64,000 nucleotides of DNA from Bacteroidaceae bacterium (lineage in GTDB: Bacteria > Bacteroidota > Bacteroidia > Bacteroidales > Bacteroidaceae), in the NCBI GenBank assembly GCA_017469685.1, contig JAFUFW010000055.1, forward strand, positions 40,044-104,043. Reading direction: 5' to 3'. A model generated the notes under the pieces. The model was not told where the DNA came from. It did no database searches and saw only the letters and a program-made list of their open reading frames with translations. The translations under genes and the position numbers were made by a program. Shown piece by piece: positions 60,501 to 64,000 of the stretch. How positions within the stretch are numbered: position 1 is the first letter of the stretch; the number at the start of each line of letters is the position of its first letter.

Positions 60501-63500
60501 CTACCGTCTGGCCATCCTCAACGTCGAGGCCTTCGGGGTAAATGCCAAGAATATCTACCACGCCGTAGGTGTCGCCCATCACCGGGATGTTAAGATTTAC
60601 ATCTTCACCGCCATAAGATGATGCTTCTACGACCACCTCTACATCCTTGAACGAAGCAAAGATCCAATCGGAGTTTTCTGCATATTCGAGCACGTTGTCG
60701 TCTGTGACTTCGAGAGGAGTAGCCTCGCCGGCCTCAACGGTAAGAGCCTGGAGACTGGCTTCAGTGTTATCGTTGGCGCTGTAGAGAGGCTGACCATAGT
60801 AGTTGGTTACAGTCAGAATGATGTCACCGCTGACCTTATCGCCAGCCTTCAAATAGCTGCCAAGGCCAAGACCTTTGAAAAAGACACCAGCCGTGACGTC
60901 TTCCATTACAACCTCGTCAACAGTAATAGCTTCCCAGGTATCATAGTCAATATCCTCACCTTCGCATGTGAATGTTACCTTTGCACCATCGAGACGGAGG
61001 ACAACTTCAGCAGACTCCTCATCATCGCCCAGGGTGAAGCTCTTCAGAGCTGCAATACCTTCGAGAACGGTAGCAGGAGCTACGTATTCTTCGATAATCC
61101 ACTTCGCTTTGTCGCCTTGGGCTGCGACGGTCTTGTTTGCATAGCAAGCGCTGCCGGCGGTGGTGTTGTCGACACCGATGCAGTTACCCTCGGCGTTAGT
61201 TTGGGCAATAGCGTATGATCCATCAGTCTGAGGCTGGAAGGTCCATGCAAAGGCTGATTCTAACAGAGCCATGTTCCATAAGTTGTCACCAGCCTGAGCC
61301 ACATAATATTGTTTGCCATCGTACAGGGCATAACCAACAACATCTGAAAGCTCTTGGAAGTAGAATGCTTGGGGCTCTTCTGAAAGTTCAGCGCGTTTGT
61401 CTGTCTCAGTATCCAACGACAAGTACATGCCGCCATCCTTCAAGCGGAAGGTGTACTTCTTATCAGGATCGGGCAGGATTAAGTCTGAGTTCTCGTAAGT
61501 CTCAATGGCAGAGAGCAGGGCGCTTGCAGCCTGATCAATCTCTTCAGCTGTAGCTTCCTCGTTGTCATAGACTTCCTGAGCAACTTCAGCAGCAGCCTCG
61601 AGGGCTTCGTGAGCCTCTTCTGTCTTTGTGAAGAGCTGGCCGTATAGTTCGTTCAGGAGGTCGGTAGCCATCTCGAGGTCTTTTTGGAGATACATACGAG
61701 AAATGTCTGCCTCGCTAATACGGATAAGACGGACGTTATCAATAAAGAAGTCTGAACGGCGTGCGCCACAAGAATATAGCGTGATGACCGCGTCAAGCAA
61801 CATGGGAGAGTCGAGAGTAATCATAGCTTCGAGAGTCTTCCATTCCTCATCAGCAAAATAATTGGTAGCACCTGAGCCTTTCACACCTGCCGCTGCCTCT
61901 GAGATTGCTTCGCCATAAGCCTCCATCTGGAAGTTCAAAGAAATGCCTACCTTAGTATTCTCGTTCTTCTGATTGTCAGTATCATAGGAATAATGTTGCT
62001 TGTAATCTACCGAAAGGATGTAATTACCAGCGGGTAATTCTTCCTTCAACGAGCTCGTGAGAGTGATCGTGTTACCGTTACCGTTCCATCCCTGACGGAA
62101 GAAGAGTGAGTAACTGCCATCGCTTGGACCTGAGCTGCCGAACTGTGAGCTCGAAGTAGAGTTTGCATTCAGGAGTTCAGTATTATTAAACTGTGTCCCA
62201 ACGTTCATCCAAGTCCAATCAAAAATCCCTCCTGCTCCATTGCTGAACTTTTGCTCAGCGGTGAGGGGCTCACCATTCATATCGAGTTCGAAGCTCGGGT
62301 TGGAGAGATAGAACTCAGTTACGTCACCCATGACTGTGGAGGGATCGAGATACTCTTCGATGGCTGTGGGATAGAGCTGAGCGTCGTCGTTGTAGATACC
62401 AAGTATACCGCGAATGGTATATTGCTGATCGGCAACAGCATCTATAGCAATCTTGAACTGGTTGCGGACAACGAGTTCAACGTCTTCGGAGAAGAAGCTG
62501 TAGTTCTCTACTTTAGAGCCGTCTGTCCCTACATTCTCTTCTGGTGCAGCCTTGTTCACCTCTACGAACATGTTGACCCACTTCAGCTTGTCGGCAGCGA
62601 GAGCTGAGGAAGCGACAACGATAGGAGCCACCTCGTTACCTTCACTGACTACCTCGAGGCCGTCAACATTGGGGTTGGCCACTTCGGGAAGGCCGTTGTA
62701 GGTGTAGAGCTGACCGGTGATAATACCAGAAACCTTCTGACCCTGTTCGAGGCCAACGCCATTACCATAGATCAGCAAACCGGCCACACCGTCGGTAAGG
62801 TAGGTGTACATACCGCTGGCATATGTTACCAGCCACTCATTTGCCTGAAGGCCAACAGCTGTCTTTGTTGCAGTTGCAGCAGCATTTACTTCAGTAATAG
62901 AGGTATAAGGCTCTGCGATAGTGAGCGTCACAGTGGTCTCTGCACTTGCTTGAGCAGCATCACTATCTGAGATCAATTCAGCCCAAGCAGTAATTTTAGC
63001 AGTCTTTGATACCTTGAATGGGGCGCTATAGGTAAGCATTCGTTCTCCAAGTCCTTCATCTGTATAGTAGACGGAATAGCGAATTGTAGCACCTTCGGTA
63101 GCACAGGTCATCGTAACTTCCTGCTCTCCGAAATAAGTTCCGGTCTTAGGAGTGATTACGGGAGCAGCCACGGCAGCAGGTTCTCCTGTACTACCATAAA
63201 GCACAAGTTTACTAATCTGGGTTGGACCATTGGCAGAAGCTGATGCGTTCTCGATGGTCACCATAATCTGGTCGGCATTAACTGTTGAAGGGATGGAAAG
63301 TTCCACATCACCTGCAACCCATTTCTCAAGCTGTAAGTTGAAAGCTGTTCCGACATTACTTTCGAGAATCGGAGTTACGGTTACAGCTGAGACGTTAGCT
63401 GTCTTGTCGATTGTTAGAACAAGCTTTGTAGCCTTGCCACCAACAACCTGCGGGCTCAAAATTGTTGCTGTAGATGCATTGTTCTTTCTACCGCACCTAA

Positions 63501-63717
63501 TATAAGCCCAACCATTCTTGTTGTTGTTGAATGCATTAAAAGTCCATGTCAGCTTATCTTTTGTAGCAGTCCATTCATCTGTGTAGCTACCTATAGATTT
63601 GTCATTGTAGGCAGGGAACGTAAGTTCACTGATTACTTCATCTTCAGAGAGTGCAGCGCCGAAACTATACACAGAGAAGCTGAGCAGGGCTAACAATGAA
63701 AGTAGAAACTTTTTCAT
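57559..63717 (-). CDS. giant (about 2053 aa) multidomain T9SS cargo protein, adhesin/lectin-like
   Basis: Signal peptide MKKFLLSLLALLSFSVYSFGA at the internal ATG 63717. A chitobiase-type Ig segment (GATIRYSVYY) and an NPSFE-type CBM-like segment are present, with internal duplications. The C-terminal tail IFDLSGRKVEKVQKSGIYIVNGKKVSVK fits a T9SS CTD. Confidence 0.75.
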   Translation of the reverse strand: MKKFLLSLLALLSFSVYSFGAALSEDEVISELTFPAYNDKSIGSYTDEWTATKDKLTWTFNAFNNNKNGWAYIRCGRKNNASTATILSPQVVGGKATKLVLTIDKTANVSAVTVTPILESNVGTAFNLQLEKWVAGDVELSIPSTVNADQIMVTIENASASANGPTQISKLVLYGSTGEPAAVAAPVITPKTGTYFGEQEVTMTCATEGATIRYSVYYTDEGLGERMLTYSAPFKVSKTAKITAWAELISDSDAAQASAETTVTLTIAEPYTSITEVNAAATATKTAVGLQANEWLVTYASGMYTYLTDGVAGLLIYGNGVGLEQGQKVSGIITGQLYTYNGLPEVANPNVDGLEVVSEGNEVAPIVVASSALAADKLKWVNMFVEVNKAAPEENVGTDGSKVENYSFFSEDVELVVRNQFKIAIDAVADQQYTIRGILGIYNDDAQLYPTAIEEYLDPSTVMGDVTEFYLSNPSFELDMNGEPLTAEQKFSNGAGGIFDWTWMNVGTQFNNTELLNANSTSSSQFGSSGPSDGSYSLFFRQGWNGNGNTITLTSSLKEELPAGNYILSVDYKQHYSYDTDNQKNENTKVGISLNFQMEAYGEAISEAAAGVKGSGATNYFADEEWKTLEAMITLDSPMLLDAVITLYSCGARRSDFFIDNVRLIRISEADISRMYLQKDLEMATDLLNELYGQLFTKTEEAHEALEAAAEVAQEVYDNEEATAEEIDQAASALLSAIETYENSDLILPDPDKKYTFRLKDGGMYLSLDTETDKRAELSEEPQAFYFQELSDVVGYALYDGKQYYVAQAGDNLWNMALLESAFAWTFQPQTDGSYAIAQTNAEGNCIGVDNTTAGSACYANKTVAAQGDKAKWIIEEYVAPATVLEGIAALKSFTLGDDEESAEVVLRLDGAKVTFTCEGEDIDYDTWEAITVDEVVMEDVTAGVFFKGLGLGSYLKAGDKVSGDIILTVTNYYGQPLYSANDNTEASLQALTVEAGEATPLEVTDDNVLEYAENSDWIFASFKDVEVVVEASSYGGEDVNLNIPVMGDTYGVVDILGIYPEGLDVEDGQTVEVEGYIYSIYGLTAFQPVSIKVQSVFENPADVFTANTARGAWMYDEANNCMHYGTLPDEVTDAFKFAFIEKDGEKFLYSVGAGKFIQPQKYLVEGMPTPVEVNEYDSYVIVKSANTPYTINIGGNQWTWDTWSTADDGNKVTIEKVGEFDATEALAMLENGAIDSHKVFNITTNRGQWAVGNGLASVATNPNASEADKQFAFYYDGSELYIYSVGAKKFLKKDGSLFEGKGDPVDYRIVATSGKDHCFFFTDGLIYFNMQNSGAYALNTWSTPDDGNKQELTEVADVDVFEEMEKVFNTKLIDVEYELVYDGEVVGTATASNAVGSAPELPAELDNELCEYTFDVEEITEDTKKVTVTAEWIGPFEFSESFEDAKWYNMKIRGDYWIALDETEPYYPTTDKDLTAETSQWAFVGNPYNVVLYNRSLSGSWSLQPETVENTTEEGEPVSTYCAVMREGSYAWDIFGNGDGFVLREKGTPNNYVNQAGGSTGPLAYWNSTSGRRDAGSTILVEPVAEPGDALVLDVDVDYYKGQNGLNYEVDFTEALEYLGIESLDYASIYGVDVTTDADVEDYVRYDGWRNADGDYQQWGGDAAVCVKFVEEPEQFAIYDMGNDNVPEVGETFTARFRIYSEGKIVVYNINVNFVDQPAKYLADYTEKGSFDVTIFASEEGVAFDGQESEAFEEAAVSELIGEMWSEVYGKGAADEVGETFATNYSCDPAPGFWCLADGTADVYDNGTFGVSLIPAEDWTTFTFQAWTKEALEENATTTFYFVNEETKEYVAYNITLSSKPAVNLVGTFDGIIKQILSHPQTGKQGEATGEQTVTIAEGEEEGTYDITFSGFTMPVTGAELPEFTVTGVEAEISEDGTTANYVLPAWAPQTITIGRGTGSVTYKIALEGTKEGNDTPVLKLTLDNSVVDDVYFGADEKTVDKAIATDEADGIRGINGFDNAGTIFDLSGRKVEKVQKSGIYIVNGKKVSVK

Positions 63718-63945
63718 TTGTTTGGTTATTTGATTTGGTATTATTCCGCGTCGTGGCTTGTGGCACGGATGTTTTTGGTAAAGGATGCTTGTGTGCAGTC
63801 TGCAAGCCATTTTACGCCTCCCAGTCTTAGTGGTGAAGCCAGATGCACAAGGACTTGATTCGTTGTCTGTAAGTCAGTAGTTTAATAGAATTATTGTTTT
63901 AGTTGTTAATGAATATAATTAATGTAAGATATAGAAATTGCGTTG

Positions 63946-63953
63946 CAAATTTA
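63946..63953 (-). promoter_or_regulatory. -7 promoter box (TAAATTTG), far upstream of the giant gene
   Basis: The minus strand reads taaatttgcaac, about 230 nt upstream of the ATG at 63717. Confidence 0.3.
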
Positions 63954-63995
63954 CAAAAAAGTGGCAGAAACATTAACGTTTCTGCCACTTTTTTT
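63954..63995. terminator. bidirectional terminator hairpin
   Basis: aaaaaaa-gtggcagaaac-attaac-gtttctgccac-ttttttt. It probably ends a gene lying beyond the window. Confidence 0.7.
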
Positions 63996-64000
63996 CATTA

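Noticed and set aside
63718-63810. N-terminal extensions of ORF-track calls: the giant protein to 63810, hppA to 30148, bamD from 53567, ccsA from 46167, the methyltransferase from 42760 and SusD from 4095.
   Set aside because: Internal ATGs give canonical signal peptides or lipoboxes, or remove overlap with upstream genes. The extended parts look non-coding.

Overview
This window looks like a chromosomal segment of a Bacteroidota genome, probably Prevotella- or Bacteroides-like. Supporting signs are a SusC/SusD pair, TAnnTTTG -7 promoter boxes, T9SS C-terminal sorting domains and generally GC-rich coding sequence. I found no rRNA, tRNA, CRISPR array, integrase or transposase.

**Layout**
- 1-10.0 kb: PUL fragment with a partial ORF, a SusC-like gene, a large SusD-like gene and a LacZ-type GH2 beta-galactosidase.
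- 10.07-20.12 kb: six tightly packed co-directional genes. They are a polytopic membrane protein, a PD40 beta-propeller protein with a single CXXCH motif, an S9/DPP-IV-like peptidase, a DHH phosphoesterase, a four-helix-bundle protein and a GH88/105-DUF4861 fusion.
- 20.1-24.3 kb: small accessory patch with dockerin-like gene fragments, a HEPN/MNT toxin-antitoxin pair, a Cys-rich ORF, an iteron-like repeat array, a VapE/VirE-like NTPase and a 6x20-aa repeat protein.
- 24.3-39.7 kb: GH3, a DUF4886 SGNH-like protein, membrane pyrophosphatase, a 1513-aa GH2 T9SS cargo, a CotH-family T9SS cargo and a DUF5009-type acyltransferase.
- 39.8-57.4 kb: mostly housekeeping genes. These are an XRE-cupin regulator, an acyl-CoA ligase, a GldB-like lipoprotein, a TP-methylase, an alginate-export-type porin, ccsB/ccsA, an esterase, rmuC, an M18 aminopeptidase, uvrB, bamD, rpoZ, a DUF4293 protein, a PBP1-like protein and a porin.
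- 57.6-63.7 kb: a roughly 2050-aa T9SS cargo protein.

**Most interesting observations**
- An AT-rich four-helix-bundle gene cassette is bracketed by inverted repeats that overlap the neighbouring genes' coding ends. A solo copy of the repeat encodes another enzyme's signal peptide.
- The HEPN/MNT pair sits between 57-bp direct repeats.
- An iteron/inverted-repeat array lies upstream of the VapE-like gene, inside a roughly 2-kb unit bounded by inverted repeats.
- The membrane protein, CXXCH-propeller and S9 peptidase genes form a translationally coupled trio.
- The CotH protein and the giant T9SS cargo share a two-module protein cassette.
- Two interspersed repeat families occur in intergenic regions: AACCCTTAAGGGTT palindromes and GATTAGRG tracts.
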